DNA of 55,435 bases from a virus (taxonomy: Duplodnaviria; Caudoviricetes), in IMG/VR virus record IMGVR_UViG_3300006919_000067, positions 1-55,435 of that record; one strand, given 5' to 3'. Of the stretch, positions 1 to 10,678 are shown piece after piece. Position 1 is the first letter of the stretch. Every line of letters starts with the position of its first letter. Below the pieces are notes generated by a model, which was not told the DNA's origin, made no database searches, and worked only from the letters and a program-made list of their open reading frames with translations. The position numbers and the translations under genes were made by a program.

Positions 1-737
1 ATTCTAAGACGATCTGCACCAGGAGATGTTAAGTTAGGCGTACTTCCTGAGTTGTCAAAAAGTGCAATATTATCTGCAGTAGTGACAATATCTTCTGTCA
101 CTTTAAATCCTATAACTCCTGTGAAGTCAGGTGAGTACTTTGAAAGAACTAATGTCTGAGCCTCAACCATAACTAGATGATTAGCAGCAAACGTGTCGAA
201 CTGTGGAACTTCAGCAATAGATGCCTTACCAACAGCATCGTTGACAGACTGAATGGTAATATTACCTAAACTTGTAGTAAGAGTTGCACCTGCTGCAAAA
301 GGTTTAGACACAGTAGTATTAGTTGCTGTAGAGGCTCCACCAGATTGACCTTTCGTCATTTTTACAAATATAGTATCAGGATCACTACCTGCAGCAGGTA
401 GTACCTCTTTTACGATTGCAAACAGATCTCCATCATTTATTTCAGTGCCTTTTAGTTGAGCATAGCCAACAGGTAAAGAGTTAACCTTAAGATAAGTATA
501 TGAGAATGCATTAACGCCTGAGGCTAAGTTACCACTATTATTGAAAATGGCACCTTCATTAACAATGAACTTAGAAAGTCTACCCAGTTCTTGTTGAATA
601 ATAGTCTGAGACTGTGTTAGTTCACGTGCCTGTAGTGCTCTTCCGTTATTAAACAGAATACGATGGTAATGATCACTATCTCTGAAATCATCATTGTATT
701 CGCTTAAAAATGTTGTACTAGTGAGATTAGTAGCCAT
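1..737 (-). CDS. Large virion structural protein, DUF4815/VrlC-like (N-terminal part; runs off the window)
   Basis: Not in ORF track. Manual translation from ATG at 737: MATNLTSTTFLSEYNDDFRDSDHYHRILFNNGRALQARELTQSQTIIQ...SPGADRLR, typical of the DUF4815 N-terminus. Follows gp8. Confidence 0.8.
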   Translation of the reverse strand, partial: MATNLTSTTFLSEYNDDFRDSDHYHRILFNNGRALQARELTQSQTIIQQELGRLSKFIVNEGAIFNNSGNLASGVNAFSYTYLKVNSLPVGYAQLKGTEINDGDLFAIVKEVLPAAGSDPDTIFVKMTKGQSGGASTATNTTVSKPFAAGATLTTSLGNITIQSVNDAVGKASIAEVPQFDTFAANHLVMVEAQTLVLSKYSPDFTGVIGFKVTEDIVTTADNIALFDNSGSTPNLTSPGADRLR

Positions 738-746
738 GGTTTACCC

Positions 747-2165
747 TTAAAGTTTAATAACGATTTTAATATCTTCAGTTTGGTCAGCGTCTCTTGCAAT
801 CTTTGCCTGATTATTTAGGAACAATAAATCACCTGAGAATATGTCTATATCTGGTTCAACCCTATCACCAATAGTAAACGATCCTGTTTTACCTGAAATC
901 GTGATTGTCTCACCAGTTCTAAATGGCGTGAAACCAGTTTCTTCATCTTGATGATACCATATAGTTGCGGAGTCGTCAAAGAAATCGATCCATGCTTGAG
1001 CATTACTATCACCGTTTACAGTAACATCATCTGCCCATGATAGTCCACCTGTAATAGGTGCTGTCAATACAAGTTGCTTAAGACCAAGACCTTCAGTAAG
1101 TTGGAACAGAGTTCCACTAGCAGAGTCTAAAATATTTTTTAGAAGACCTACTTGACGGTATTCATTATCTACCACCCACTTATTATTAACATTACCTTCA
1201 GGTTTAATGTTGAACATCATATTAGTGGATCTTAAATCTGTTCTTGCGTCTGCCCCTAGTCCACCTGTAGGTGCAAAAATAGGATACACTTCTGCATTGA
1301 TACCTGATGTTAAGTTAGTCTGATCTACTCTAACAGAAGCTTTATTGTAACCTGAACCTAAGACAGATCCAATGGAAACAAAAGCTCCCGCTCCTGCGCC
1401 TGTACCCACAGTATCGCTATCGCCAACTTCGACTGCTGCTAGTTTACCTGTAGCATCAAGTATTCCATGTGCTTTAGCACCACTACCATCACCAATAACC
1501 GTAAGAGTAGGGGCAGCAGAGTACACACCTGTGTTTGGTTCTACTCTATATCCAATAAGCTGACCATCGATTGCAGCATTCTGCACAGCAAGTTGAGGTG
1601 CCTCAGGGTCTGTTGGTTCTGCTGAATCCACAAACTTAACTGGCATAAAGTTAGAAGTTAAAAATCTGTTTGCATCTGCAGTTGTAATAGTGTACAAATA
1701 CTTCCAAATATATCCATCGGTTTCTACTGGCAAAGACGTGTTCGTATGATCAGGAACAAACTGTGACACAACTGCCGAACCAAAACTATTTTTACCTTGA
1801 CGAATACACACGTATACGTTATTATCAGCAGTTCTTACATAGTATGCAGGAGTTGGTTGACCTACAATATTATCGTTAAAAGCAGGATAAACTGTGTTGG
1901 TTGTCCAATCAGTTAATGGAACAACAAAAGAAAACGCTTCAACAGCTTTCACAGATTGAAGATTGTATCTAAATAAGCGGCGGTCTCTTTCGGTATTACT
2001 TGGATTTACAGTAACATCTGTGTTATCACCTGTTTGCCAAATCTGAGAGTGTCCTACACCAATGTAGAAATAGTTGTCAGAATCTCCAAGGGTTGTACCT
2101 TGGTTCTCATCAAATATTTGCTGTGCAAACTGTCTTTTTAATTTATCTGTAATAATTGCTGGCAT
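747..2165 (-). CDS. gp8: Baseplate wedge subunit gp8
   Basis: YYVRTADNNVYVCI, DGYIWKYLYTI, EYRQVGLLKN and the C-terminal QTEDIKIVIKL are typical of gp8 in marine T4-like phages; synteny fits. Confidence 0.85.
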   Translation of the reverse strand: MPAIITDKLKRQFAQQIFDENQGTTLGDSDNYFYIGVGHSQIWQTGDNTDVTVNPSNTERDRRLFRYNLQSVKAVEAFSFVVPLTDWTTNTVYPAFNDNIVGQPTPAYYVRTADNNVYVCIRQGKNSFGSAVVSQFVPDHTNTSLPVETDGYIWKYLYTITTADANRFLTSNFMPVKFVDSAEPTDPEAPQLAVQNAAIDGQLIGYRVEPNTGVYSAAPTLTVIGDGSGAKAHGILDATGKLAAVEVGDSDTVGTGAGAGAFVSIGSVLGSGYNKASVRVDQTNLTSGINAEVYPIFAPTGGLGADARTDLRSTNMMFNIKPEGNVNNKWVVDNEYRQVGLLKNILDSASGTLFQLTEGLGLKQLVLTAPITGGLSWADDVTVNGDSNAQAWIDFFDDSATIWYHQDEETGFTPFRTGETITISGKTGSFTIGDRVEPDIDIFSGDLLFLNNQAKIARDADQTEDIKIVIKL

Positions 2166-2175
2166 TGTCTATTTC

Positions 2176-3177
2176 CTATACGACTGCGTATCCATAACCA
2201 CCGATAATATTCCAACCATTGTTTCCATCCCAAATAAGTTGTGCTGTATCTAATGGATCAAATTCTATACTAGTTCCTTGTGCAAATGTAGCAGGTGTTA
2301 ATGTTACTGTTCCAGACCCACCCCCACGTCTTGCAAATATTTTTATTTCGCCGTTAACTGTACCATCAGCTAGTGTGACTGTACCTGAAGAACTACCAGT
2401 TAACGATACAAACCCTGCACCAACAGGTGCTGCCGCACCATTAGCTGCAGTTATATAACTCATAGCAGCTTTGCTTATTTTTACAGATCCAGTTCCTTTT
2501 GAAACCAAATCTAGATTTATATTAGTATCAGATCCTATAGCTTCGACAATAGGTGCTGTACCTGCAGCCTGATCAGATATTTTAACATTATTTCTACTAG
2601 GGCTAAATGTATCAGTAAAAGATAATACCGCATTCCCAAGAGAGTCTGCTAAATATTCATGAACTCTAGGTCTTTGTACAACAGGAGAAGTCAGAGTTTT
2701 ATTTGTAATAGTTGCTGAGTTGTTATTTAAAACAAGAGTATCGCTATCCGTTAGACTAGGCACATTAAGATTATGATTTGCAGTTAAAGAACCTGCAACA
2801 ATAGAGTATTTGTGACTTGAGTTATCATCAAATATATTCATATTAAGCAGTGATGGATTGTTTAGTTGAGCACTGTCCAGAGTTTTATTACTCATAGTCT
2901 GAATGGCAGTATCTACTAAAACTGTTCCTGATGAATCTGGCAAGTCGATATTAACTTCAACATTACCACCAACAGCACCCAATTTAGTACGTGCTGTTGT
3001 ACCTAAAATATCTAATCCACTGTCTGTAAGTTGTGATGTACCTACGCCAATATTAGATCCACCTAAAACATTATATAGTTCTGTGAAGTTGGCATTGATC
3101 TTTATACCAGTAGTACGTAAAGTATCTCCTGTTCTGTCATTTGCAGAAAGACCTGTATTGATTGTTTGTTTCGCCAT
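2176..3177 (-). CDS. Baseplate/tail-fibre connector, gp9/gp10-like N-terminus
   Basis: MAKQTINTG...ANDRTGDTLR...KINANFTELY is the gp9/gp10 N-terminal motif; TNKTL repeats follow. Confidence 0.7.
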   Translation of the reverse strand: MAKQTINTGLSANDRTGDTLRTTGIKINANFTELYNVLGGSNIGVGTSQLTDSGLDILGTTARTKLGAVGGNVEVNIDLPDSSGTVLVDTAIQTMSNKTLDSAQLNNPSLLNMNIFDDNSSHKYSIVAGSLTANHNLNVPSLTDSDTLVLNNNSATITNKTLTSPVVQRPRVHEYLADSLGNAVLSFTDTFSPSRNNVKISDQAAGTAPIVEAIGSDTNINLDLVSKGTGSVKISKAAMSYITAANGAAAPVGAGFVSLTGSSSGTVTLADGTVNGEIKIFARRGGGSGTVTLTPATFAQGTSIEFDPLDTAQLIWDGNNGWNIIGGYGYAVV

Positions 3178-3203
3178 AACTTACTCTCTAGCTTGATTTA
3201 TAT

Positions 3204-3211
3204 TATTTATA
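3204..3211 (-). promoter_or_regulatory. T4-type late promoter TATAAATA
   Basis: Exact TATAAATA on the minus strand upstream of the gp9-like gene; contains the TAA stop of the upstream gene. Confidence 0.8.
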
Positions 3212-4268
3212 CATGTTGGAATGGATAATGTGCCGAATCTGCAGCATTATCTGAATCGAATAATGTTGAGAACTTACCACCATCCATAGTAGATTGTACT
3301 GTAATGACACCATCTGAATCTTGGTCCATAGTGAGAACCAAACCATTTGCAGAGTCATCCATAAATGTACCTGAAAGACCCAAGATGTCATAAGCATCTC
3401 TTTCAGCATCCAAATCTTGGATTTGAATCTCGCCAAGGTCTCTGAACTCAGTTCCTGTTGCAAAACGTCTAATGCCTATGTCACTGTCTGCTAGAAGAAG
3501 TGTCATAGAAGTTTCTGCTTGCATACTCATCGTAGCGATTTCTTCAGAGAAGATTTGTTCTGTAACTGGATCTCCGATTTCATCTTGAATAATAGAAAGA
3601 CCTATATCATTAACAAGTTCTAATAAAAGTTCTGAACCAAGATATACACCTGCAGGATGAACAAATAGTTTATAGGTGTCAACCCAATCTTTAAGAGGAA
3701 GACCAATCCTAACCAATACTGACATAACTTGGTATAGTTTATCATCAGTAATAAACTTACGTGATTCAGGACCAATAACAGAGGCAAACTCTTTTATCTG
3801 TTCTCCACCTGTATTGATGCTATCCTGTTCATAATCAATAGCAGGACCGACTTTAAATATATTTTCTTTAGGATATAATATCTGTGGATCTTGTCCAAAG
3901 AAGCCTCTAAAGAACTGCTCAATACTGTACTTAGTACCTTTAGATCTGTAAAGAGTATTGGAAAACTTAATAGCTTCTCTTTTATTTAAGAAACCACCAA
4001 AGTATGCTTGACCCAGAAGAAGTTCGTCCTCAAGATATTGTAATAACTTATCAGGAACTTGTGTAGCATCTCTAGAAGAATATAATCTTTTTATTTGACC
4101 AGATGGGTTGTCTGCAGAATCCATGAACTCATAATACGCTTCAAATAAAGATTTAATATTTGGGAAATCTTCTTTGAAATATTCTGGCAATACATTATCA
4201 ATCTCATTTCTAAAGAGATTTAAGTCTGTACGATTATTGTCTAGTAATGTTTTATCTTGCTTTGACAT
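3207..4268 (-). CDS. Baseplate wedge protein, gp7-like (short form)
   Basis: LPEYFKEDFP..FEAYYEFM, YRSKGTKYSIEQFFR and KLFVHPAG motifs; directly follows gp6. Confidence 0.7.
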   Translation of the reverse strand: MSKQDKTLLDNNRTDLNLFRNEIDNVLPEYFKEDFPNIKSLFEAYYEFMDSADNPSGQIKRLYSSRDATQVPDKLLQYLEDELLLGQAYFGGFLNKREAIKFSNTLYRSKGTKYSIEQFFRGFFGQDPQILYPKENIFKVGPAIDYEQDSINTGGEQIKEFASVIGPESRKFITDDKLYQVMSVLVRIGLPLKDWVDTYKLFVHPAGVYLGSELLLELVNDIGLSIIQDEIGDPVTEQIFSEEIATMSMQAETSMTLLLADSDIGIRRFATGTEFRDLGEIQIQDLDAERDAYDILGLSGTFMDDSANGLVLTMDQDSDGVITVQSTMDGGKFSTLFDSDNAADSAHYPFQHV

Positions 4269-6274
4269 TAGTTTGTAGCACTTACGGTTACAGCAGTTGT
4301 GGTTGATCTATCAGCATCAAAGTTTAAAATCTCATTTCTTGTAGGAGCTAATGCACTTTGATTAGCTGGTACAGCAGCTAGTTTGATAAAAGTTAGTCCT
4401 GCAGATATACTTGTTGGATTAAAGTAGTTGATGGTGACCACCCCGGTTACAGGATTAAAGTTGCCAATGTTATCGACTAGTACAGTATTACCTGCAATAG
4501 AGATAATTTGAATGATGTTAGAACTTAGTTTGTTTCTGAGCACACAGGTTTGTGCCTGAAAGGTAAATTCATTACTAGTAATAATATATTGATCATCATC
4601 AGGTGCAGCAATAGCTACAGGATATTGTAACTGTTGACTAATAGAAACTTTTGTTGCAGAAAGTTTTGATCTAATGGTGGTGGTATTTTCTCCTGACAAA
4701 CTATTTAATACCATGAAGTTTGCAGCGTCATTGTACCTTTGACTTACAACAAAATCAACAATCGTATTGATATCATCAACAGATGTAGCATCAACATCTA
4801 AAAGTAAGCTATTAATAACAGAAATCAGAGTAGGCGCTGTGGGTGTGAACCTCTGCTGCATTCTAATGTTCGCTCTGGAAGACAGAATAGAAGTGGACGA
4901 TTCATCTACGAGAGATAAGACATTTGATCTTCTAAAGGCTTGTTTGAACCCACCAGTGTTATTAGTAAAGTAAGAAGATATTGTAGTGTTAACTTGATCT
5001 TGAACAGCATTCAAAGTTAAGTCTGTGAGTTTAGGGTTGAACTGGAAGAAAGTGTCTATTTCAATGAATGTTTCTATTGGATCAATAAATCTAATATTGA
5101 AGGATACAATAGAAAGTTGTGCTGCTAGTTCTCGTATCGCTTGCTTTGTGTTTGCAATGGTAGCTGCAGTCACATCATCTTCAAACAAGATTGATATGTA
5201 TACTGCACCAAACTCAGGTTCTACTGCTTCTTCCCCACCCCATGATGCAATGTCTTCAATAAGTGTAGAATAACTTTGCAGGATTAAGGACGAATAGTCC
5301 TCTGCAGTAACCATGCGGTTTTGAGTAGCATATTGGAAAGGTGCATTTTTACGAATAGATTCAATGCTTTCTTTTTCATCTCCACCGATAGAGTTGACAT
5401 ATGTTACAACATTTATATCAGAGGTTATAACACCTGATGTAAACTGAGAAACAGGAGTGAATACAGTAGCATTATTGGCAGCATTTCCTTTTACTGATAG
5501 ATATTCAACTTCAATACGATTACCTGCCTGTGGTGCTATACCAAATGTCTCTCCATCACCAAAGGATAGCTCAAAATATCCATTAGGAGATTCTTTTAAA
5601 ATGTAGATAGTAGAGTTAGAACTAATAGATGTAGCATTCACAATGTTTTGATACGTAGTAAAATCTACTGAGGTAGCACTGGTATATACTTTTATAGTAA
5701 CAGTATCAGCGTCTAAAGTACCATCAGGAATAACATAGACAGGATTATCTTCATATTCACCAACCAAAAATGTTTTAGTTTTCAATGTTCCTTCAAAAAT
5801 AGAAATACGATTAGAACCATCATTTGTTTTAAACTCATAAAATCCTGTTCCATCATCAGTTGCAGTGAAAGACTCTACGGTTTGAAACGTGTATGACACA
5901 TCGTCAACATTTGAAGTAAACTGTGTGTATGCAGGTAAAGATACTGTTTGCTCACGTCCTGCTGCATTAGTATTAAACGTAAGTCTAACCTTTGCTTGTG
6001 ATGCAGTATCTGTATCAGGAACATATCCAATACCTTCAGATAACGATACGACTGAACTTCTCAACTGTGCAGTTGGGAGATACGACTCGTTTAAAGCAAA
6101 GTTTGCAATCAAAGCATTTAAGTGCGTGTTATATGCCAACACATCAAGAATATTTGACAAGCCTGATGCCTCAAAGTTATAGTCTTTGAATTCATCTTTA
6201 TTAGCAAGATAGTCTTTTAGATTACTCTTGATATTATTAAAGTCTAAGGCTGATGATTTAATCGTTGTTGCCAT
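4268..6274 (-). CDS. gp6: Baseplate wedge subunit gp6
   Basis: LDFNNIKSNLKDYL..FKDYNFEASGLSNILDVLAYNTH, FGDG and QNRMVTAEDY motifs. Confidence 0.95.
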   Translation of the reverse strand: MATTIKSSALDFNNIKSNLKDYLANKDEFKDYNFEASGLSNILDVLAYNTHLNALIANFALNESYLPTAQLRSSVVSLSEGIGYVPDTDTASQAKVRLTFNTNAAGREQTVSLPAYTQFTSNVDDVSYTFQTVESFTATDDGTGFYEFKTNDGSNRISIFEGTLKTKTFLVGEYEDNPVYVIPDGTLDADTVTIKVYTSATSVDFTTYQNIVNATSISSNSTIYILKESPNGYFELSFGDGETFGIAPQAGNRIEVEYLSVKGNAANNATVFTPVSQFTSGVITSDINVVTYVNSIGGDEKESIESIRKNAPFQYATQNRMVTAEDYSSLILQSYSTLIEDIASWGGEEAVEPEFGAVYISILFEDDVTAATIANTKQAIRELAAQLSIVSFNIRFIDPIETFIEIDTFFQFNPKLTDLTLNAVQDQVNTTISSYFTNNTGGFKQAFRRSNVLSLVDESSTSILSSRANIRMQQRFTPTAPTLISVINSLLLDVDATSVDDINTIVDFVVSQRYNDAANFMVLNSLSGENTTTIRSKLSATKVSISQQLQYPVAIAAPDDDQYIITSNEFTFQAQTCVLRNKLSSNIIQIISIAGNTVLVDNIGNFNPVTGVVTINYFNPTSISAGLTFIKLAAVPANQSALAPTRNEILNFDADRSTTTAVTVSATN

Positions 6275-6275
6275 T

Positions 6276-6722
6276 TTATCTTAACCTTGATAGTGAAGTT
6301 GTGAATGTTACAACTTCTTCTGTGTTTATAACTTGAAACTCTATGTAAATACTTATAGAGTTTCTTTCCTCTTGATAGTTTACTGACACTTCTCTTACAA
6401 TCGCTCTTGGTTCATAAGCATTGATAGCTCTTATTATGTTTTCACGTGTCTCTTCTTCAACCTCATCGTCAGCAAGTTCAAATAATAATGCTCTTATATT
6501 ACCGCCATAAAAAGGCTCAAACGGCTTTTCGAAATAGTCTGTCAAAATAAGATTTTTTACAGCTTGCTTTACAGCAGCCGCTTCTTTTTTAACAAATATT
6601 TCTCCATTTGTTTTAGCAGTAAAAGACAGATCTATATCTTTATATTCTTTACGTCTACTACCGATTAAAGTAGATTGACTAAGATTACCATCTTCCTTTG
6701 CTAATACTCTAGTTGTTGCCAT
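6276..6722 (-). CDS. gp25: Baseplate wedge subunit gp25
   Basis: YKDIDLSF, AVKQAVKNLILT...EKPFEP, YEPRA motifs; immediately upstream of gp6. Confidence 0.92.
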   Translation of the reverse strand: MATTRVLAKEDGNLSQSTLIGSRRKEYKDIDLSFTAKTNGEIFVKKEAAAVKQAVKNLILTDYFEKPFEPFYGGNIRALLFELADDEVEEETRENIIRAINAYEPRAIVREVSVNYQEERNSISIYIEFQVINTEEVVTFTTSLSRLR

Positions 6723-6744
6723 TAGGTCTTCTCTATTTTACTGT

Positions 6745-6752
6745 TATTTATA
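6745..6752 (-). promoter_or_regulatory. T4-type late promoter TATAAATA
   Basis: Exact motif upstream of gp25; overlaps the TAA stop of the upstream gene. Confidence 0.8.
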
Positions 6753-9180
6753 ATGATTTTGCGAAGGAAACATCAAAACCTGCGTTCCAAGTTCCTGCAG
6801 ATCCTGCACCATTTTGTCTCCAAGTACTCTCATCATAATGAATAAATTTTTCATAGCCGCCAATACCAGGACGTATTCCTTTTGCTTTTGCGTTACGCAC
6901 AAGAATACGAATATAACGCTGATACAAGGAATAGTTATCTTCTGGGTTAACCCTCTTTCCTGCCAACAATAAGAAGTGATCTGCCGCTTCTCCTTTTGGA
7001 TGATTTTGAGTTCCAGTATCCCTTTTGGCTCTACCGCCATTTGAAGTTATCTGCGCAGTATATTCCTGACCAAGTTCACGAACAGCAGCCGCAATCGCAT
7101 CAACAATATTTTGATTAGGCCAATTTATTCGGTCTGGTCCTCTAGAGTGAGTTACAACACCATCACTTGGTGGAATGGCAGACCGTTCTATTGCACGTGC
7201 TTTTAACGTTTCATTATCTTCTAACAAGCATTCGATTAGCTCACCTTCAGATAACAACTGTCTATTATATTCGGTAGAAACTTTTCTGTTAAATCTTCCT
7301 GTCCAGTTGTCATCAAGATCAGGCATTATTAAAATAAGTCTTGCCTTTAAAACAGGCTGATCGTTTTTACACTCTAAGGTATCATACGACAAAATCATTT
7401 CGTCAAAGAAACTCACATCTTTTACATACTCTGCGATATCAAACAAATCTAAGTTGTTTTCTGCACCACTTTGATCAATCGCTTTGTATACTACAGCCTT
7501 GCCTTTAGATTTAAAATCGTTTATGCTTTTCGGTGTTATCACTTCAGATGGACCAGGTTTGTAAATACCTTCTGATACAACTAGGTTTATACCTTTAAAC
7601 CTATCAGTATTAGCTTGTACCTTTTTCAATATAAGACTGTGTAAGTATAGGTTTCTAGCAAGATCTCTTTTCACAGACAAAGACTTAATAAACTTAAGGT
7701 TTGTCGCATCCTCTGATCCCAAAAACTTTGCTATGGCAATATTATCAGACAACTTAGTTTTTATAGTAATATCATCTTGCTTTAGTGGATTGTATTTATC
7801 TTCAGGAACAATACTTACTACATTGTTTTTGGGTATATATGTTGCAGCAAGTCTAGGCGAGTAAATACTTACAGGCTTATTACCTAAGATAGGAGTAGAC
7901 TCTTGCTTTACTGTTCTACCAATCCGTTTAGGAGTTGGATTATTATATTCAGAACAAATAAGATTTTCTTTAAGTAGTTGGCCCATAAACTGTGTGTTGC
8001 CTGAGTTAGCAGCATCTCGTAGCTTTGATCTAGCCTTGGCAGTAGTCATTTCTCCTTTAGAAATACCACCATAATCTTTTGACTTATCAATAAAGTTTTT
8101 GATATAGTCACCCTTATCAATAAGAACTTTACGGATACCTGCACGTGACTTAGTAAGTAAAGTATTAATCAACGTTGATGTTGGAGTTGTCATTACAGGT
8201 GTATCAGATGTCAATGATCCACCATCAGAAGTTGCCGCCTCACCATACGTTTGACTCTTGGTTCCTTCTGCAGTACCTTTGAGATCACCAGTAAATACAG
8301 TTGCAGTTACACCTCTATCAAATATAGCTCCATTTCCAACAAAGTCAACTCCTGTACCCCCAATCGTTCCAGATCCACCTAGCACACTCATATCGTTAGC
8401 AGAAATAGTTACGTTGTTAGATGCAATGTTGGCATAGTCCTGTGAGGTAATGTTCATTTCACCACTAGAGAATAACCCAACATTACCATTCACATTGTAG
8501 TCAAGATTACCCTTGACGTTGTGTTGATGCCCACCCAAGAACACATCTGTGACTAGACCAGTTGAATAGGTTGTTATTGGACCTGTAACAGAAGTCTGTG
8601 ATCCGTTACCAACATTCTTTTCTTCTGATCCCTTTATGGTCTCTACCTTGTTACCATTTACTGTAACATTATAATCTAAGCAATCAACGTTAAACTCTCC
8701 TACAACCTTTATGTTTAGGTTGCCTTTATATACCAGTTGTGCATCACCTTCAACGATAACATCATTTGTACCACCTATGACTTCTACCTTTTTATTCTTC
8801 GTGCTAATGATAATACTGCCATCAGGAGATAGTTCTATACCACTGCCTTCAAAATGTTTGATAAGAATGCGTTCATTACCATCAGTGTCATCAACTTCCC
8901 ATACATGACCCTTCTCAGATTTAGAAACTTGATTCTTACCATAACTAGAAGATATCTTATCGCCTGAGGCTATTTCCATGCCATCGTATTGTGCAAAAAA
9001 CTCTAGATCGTTTCTAGCAACGCCTCTTGCTTCCTTTGCAATATTGCTTGAAAAGAAATATCCTGTCTCAGGATACTTGCCTGTAGGATCTTCAGGAAGA
9101 TTTGAAACCTTATCAGACGCTCTACGATCAATGGCTTCTTGAGGAAGTGATGATAGATTATTTGGATATTCAATAGCCAT
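6748..9180 (-). CDS. gp5 C-terminal part (spike beta-helix) fused to a C-terminal peptidase M15-like domain
   Basis: GHVWEVDDTDGNERILIKH is the gp5 post-lysozyme motif, followed by VxG beta-helix repeats. The C-terminus has NHPKGEAAD...GIGGYEKFIHYD (M15 HxxxxxxD...H zinc ligands). Confidence 0.75.
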   Translation of the reverse strand: MAIEYPNNLSSLPQEAIDRRASDKVSNLPEDPTGKYPETGYFFSSNIAKEARGVARNDLEFFAQYDGMEIASGDKISSSYGKNQVSKSEKGHVWEVDDTDGNERILIKHFEGSGIELSPDGSIIISTKNKKVEVIGGTNDVIVEGDAQLVYKGNLNIKVVGEFNVDCLDYNVTVNGNKVETIKGSEEKNVGNGSQTSVTGPITTYSTGLVTDVFLGGHQHNVKGNLDYNVNGNVGLFSSGEMNITSQDYANIASNNVTISANDMSVLGGSGTIGGTGVDFVGNGAIFDRGVTATVFTGDLKGTAEGTKSQTYGEAATSDGGSLTSDTPVMTTPTSTLINTLLTKSRAGIRKVLIDKGDYIKNFIDKSKDYGGISKGEMTTAKARSKLRDAANSGNTQFMGQLLKENLICSEYNNPTPKRIGRTVKQESTPILGNKPVSIYSPRLAATYIPKNNVVSIVPEDKYNPLKQDDITIKTKLSDNIAIAKFLGSEDATNLKFIKSLSVKRDLARNLYLHSLILKKVQANTDRFKGINLVVSEGIYKPGPSEVITPKSINDFKSKGKAVVYKAIDQSGAENNLDLFDIAEYVKDVSFFDEMILSYDTLECKNDQPVLKARLILIMPDLDDNWTGRFNRKVSTEYNRQLLSEGELIECLLEDNETLKARAIERSAIPPSDGVVTHSRGPDRINWPNQNIVDAIAAAVRELGQEYTAQITSNGGRAKRDTGTQNHPKGEAADHFLLLAGKRVNPEDNYSLYQRYIRILVRNAKAKGIRPGIGGYEKFIHYDESTWRQNGAGSAGTWNAGFDVSFAKSL

Positions 9181-9181
9181 A

Positions 9182-10678
9182 CTAGTTTCCTAAACCATCT
9201 ATTATTTGTTTTTGTGTTAAGGGTGGAGACTTTCTTGGATTATAGTCTTGTATATTTTCTTTTCCAAACCAAATCTTTGCAGCATTTTGCACATCCCACC
9301 ATGGAGATTCTGTTGTACTTAGAATATCATATAATGCCAATGTCTGTATACCAGGTTTTACATTGTAAATAGCTTCCATAACCTTCTTTACAGTTTTTAT
9401 TTGTGTCGAGTTTACTTTCCATTCAAGTTCTTCAAGAGCAATCAATATGGTTCTTTCAGAATGATCAGGTAGTTCGCCATAATATATTCCTGTACCCTTT
9501 ATCTCTAACGGTCTACCTCTATACAAAATACCCGCTTGATCTATGAAAAAATGAGGTTCTAATCCTTGATTATAATCGTTAACAAATACTTGGTGATATC
9601 CTTCAACAGTACCCTTGCCATCGCTTGCTGATACAGACCAAGCTTCCCAAACCATTTGAGTAACATCTCTTTTTAGATTTGCTACTTCTGTTTCAACTTC
9701 TGATATGTCTTCAACAGAATCGAATATTTTTGTATTAATGTTTGTTGTACTTTCTCTCCAAACATTAATATAGTTATCAGTTCTTTTTGTGGGTATGTCT
9801 ACGCTAACTGCAGTTGGTTCTAATGCTTTAGACGCTCTATTATCTATTTTTAGTATGACTTCTCGTAACTCTGCATCTGATTTATCAGAATACTTTTTCA
9901 AGATAGAAACAGCTTTATCTATATCACCTTTTTGTCTAAGCTCTACAATATCCTTTATATCATCAGATGGAATAGCTAATAAAACATCTCCTTTTTTAGC
10001 GACAGATCCTAAGAGAGTTTCTGTTGATTGAAAAGTTTTTTCTACTAGGTTTTCAACCAAACCTGAAAATCCAGAAAAAGAATTATTTACTAGTTTATTT
10101 AAAGATGATACTTGACTTATAAATGTGTTTGATGCTAATGAAGATAATCCTTTAGTAGTGTTTAAAACATCTCCTAGTACGTTGTCAAGTATGTCATCTC
10201 TTGCAAGTTCTGTCGCAACATTATCTCCAACAATATTTGTTATTTGGGCTGAACTTGCTGTGGTTGTGGATTTAACAACCTCTGCCAAAGCTTCAGGAAA
10301 TGGTGCAGAAATAGCAACATCTAAAAACCCATCTTCTGAAAGTCTACTATCTCCTGTAATGGTGGATAAATCTGTAGCATCAGATCCAACTTTTTTTATT
10401 AGTTCATCTTTCTTAGCACTAGAATCTAACTGCACCACACCAACTTTCTTTTTTATCTGATTAGGAACAGATCCATCAACACTCGATATTATGTCTCTAT
10501 CAGAGCTAGTGACACTTTTGAAACCCCCTGATGTAGAGTTATCAGGTTTATACTTAAAGCTAAATGCCGTGTCAAAAACTTCATTCAATATATTAGTATT
10601 TTCACTAGAGGCTTCTAGATCTAATAATCTTTCTATAGCATTGATACCGTCTTGTAACTTCTCCTTTGGTAATGCCAT
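9182..10678 (-). CDS. Virion protein with a C-terminal N-acetylmuramoyl-L-alanine amidase-like domain (apparently degenerate)
   Basis: HFFIDQAGILYRGRPL and TQIKTVKKVM...PGIQ..PWWDV resemble Amidase_2/T7 lysozyme, but the expected zinc-binding His residues are not evident. Confidence 0.55.
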   Translation of the reverse strand: MALPKEKLQDGINAIERLLDLEASSENTNILNEVFDTAFSFKYKPDNSTSGGFKSVTSSDRDIISSVDGSVPNQIKKKVGVVQLDSSAKKDELIKKVGSDATDLSTITGDSRLSEDGFLDVAISAPFPEALAEVVKSTTTASSAQITNIVGDNVATELARDDILDNVLGDVLNTTKGLSSLASNTFISQVSSLNKLVNNSFSGFSGLVENLVEKTFQSTETLLGSVAKKGDVLLAIPSDDIKDIVELRQKGDIDKAVSILKKYSDKSDAELREVILKIDNRASKALEPTAVSVDIPTKRTDNYINVWRESTTNINTKIFDSVEDISEVETEVANLKRDVTQMVWEAWSVSASDGKGTVEGYHQVFVNDYNQGLEPHFFIDQAGILYRGRPLEIKGTGIYYGELPDHSERTILIALEELEWKVNSTQIKTVKKVMEAIYNVKPGIQTLALYDILSTTESPWWDVQNAAKIWFGKENIQDYNPRKSPPLTQKQIIDGLGN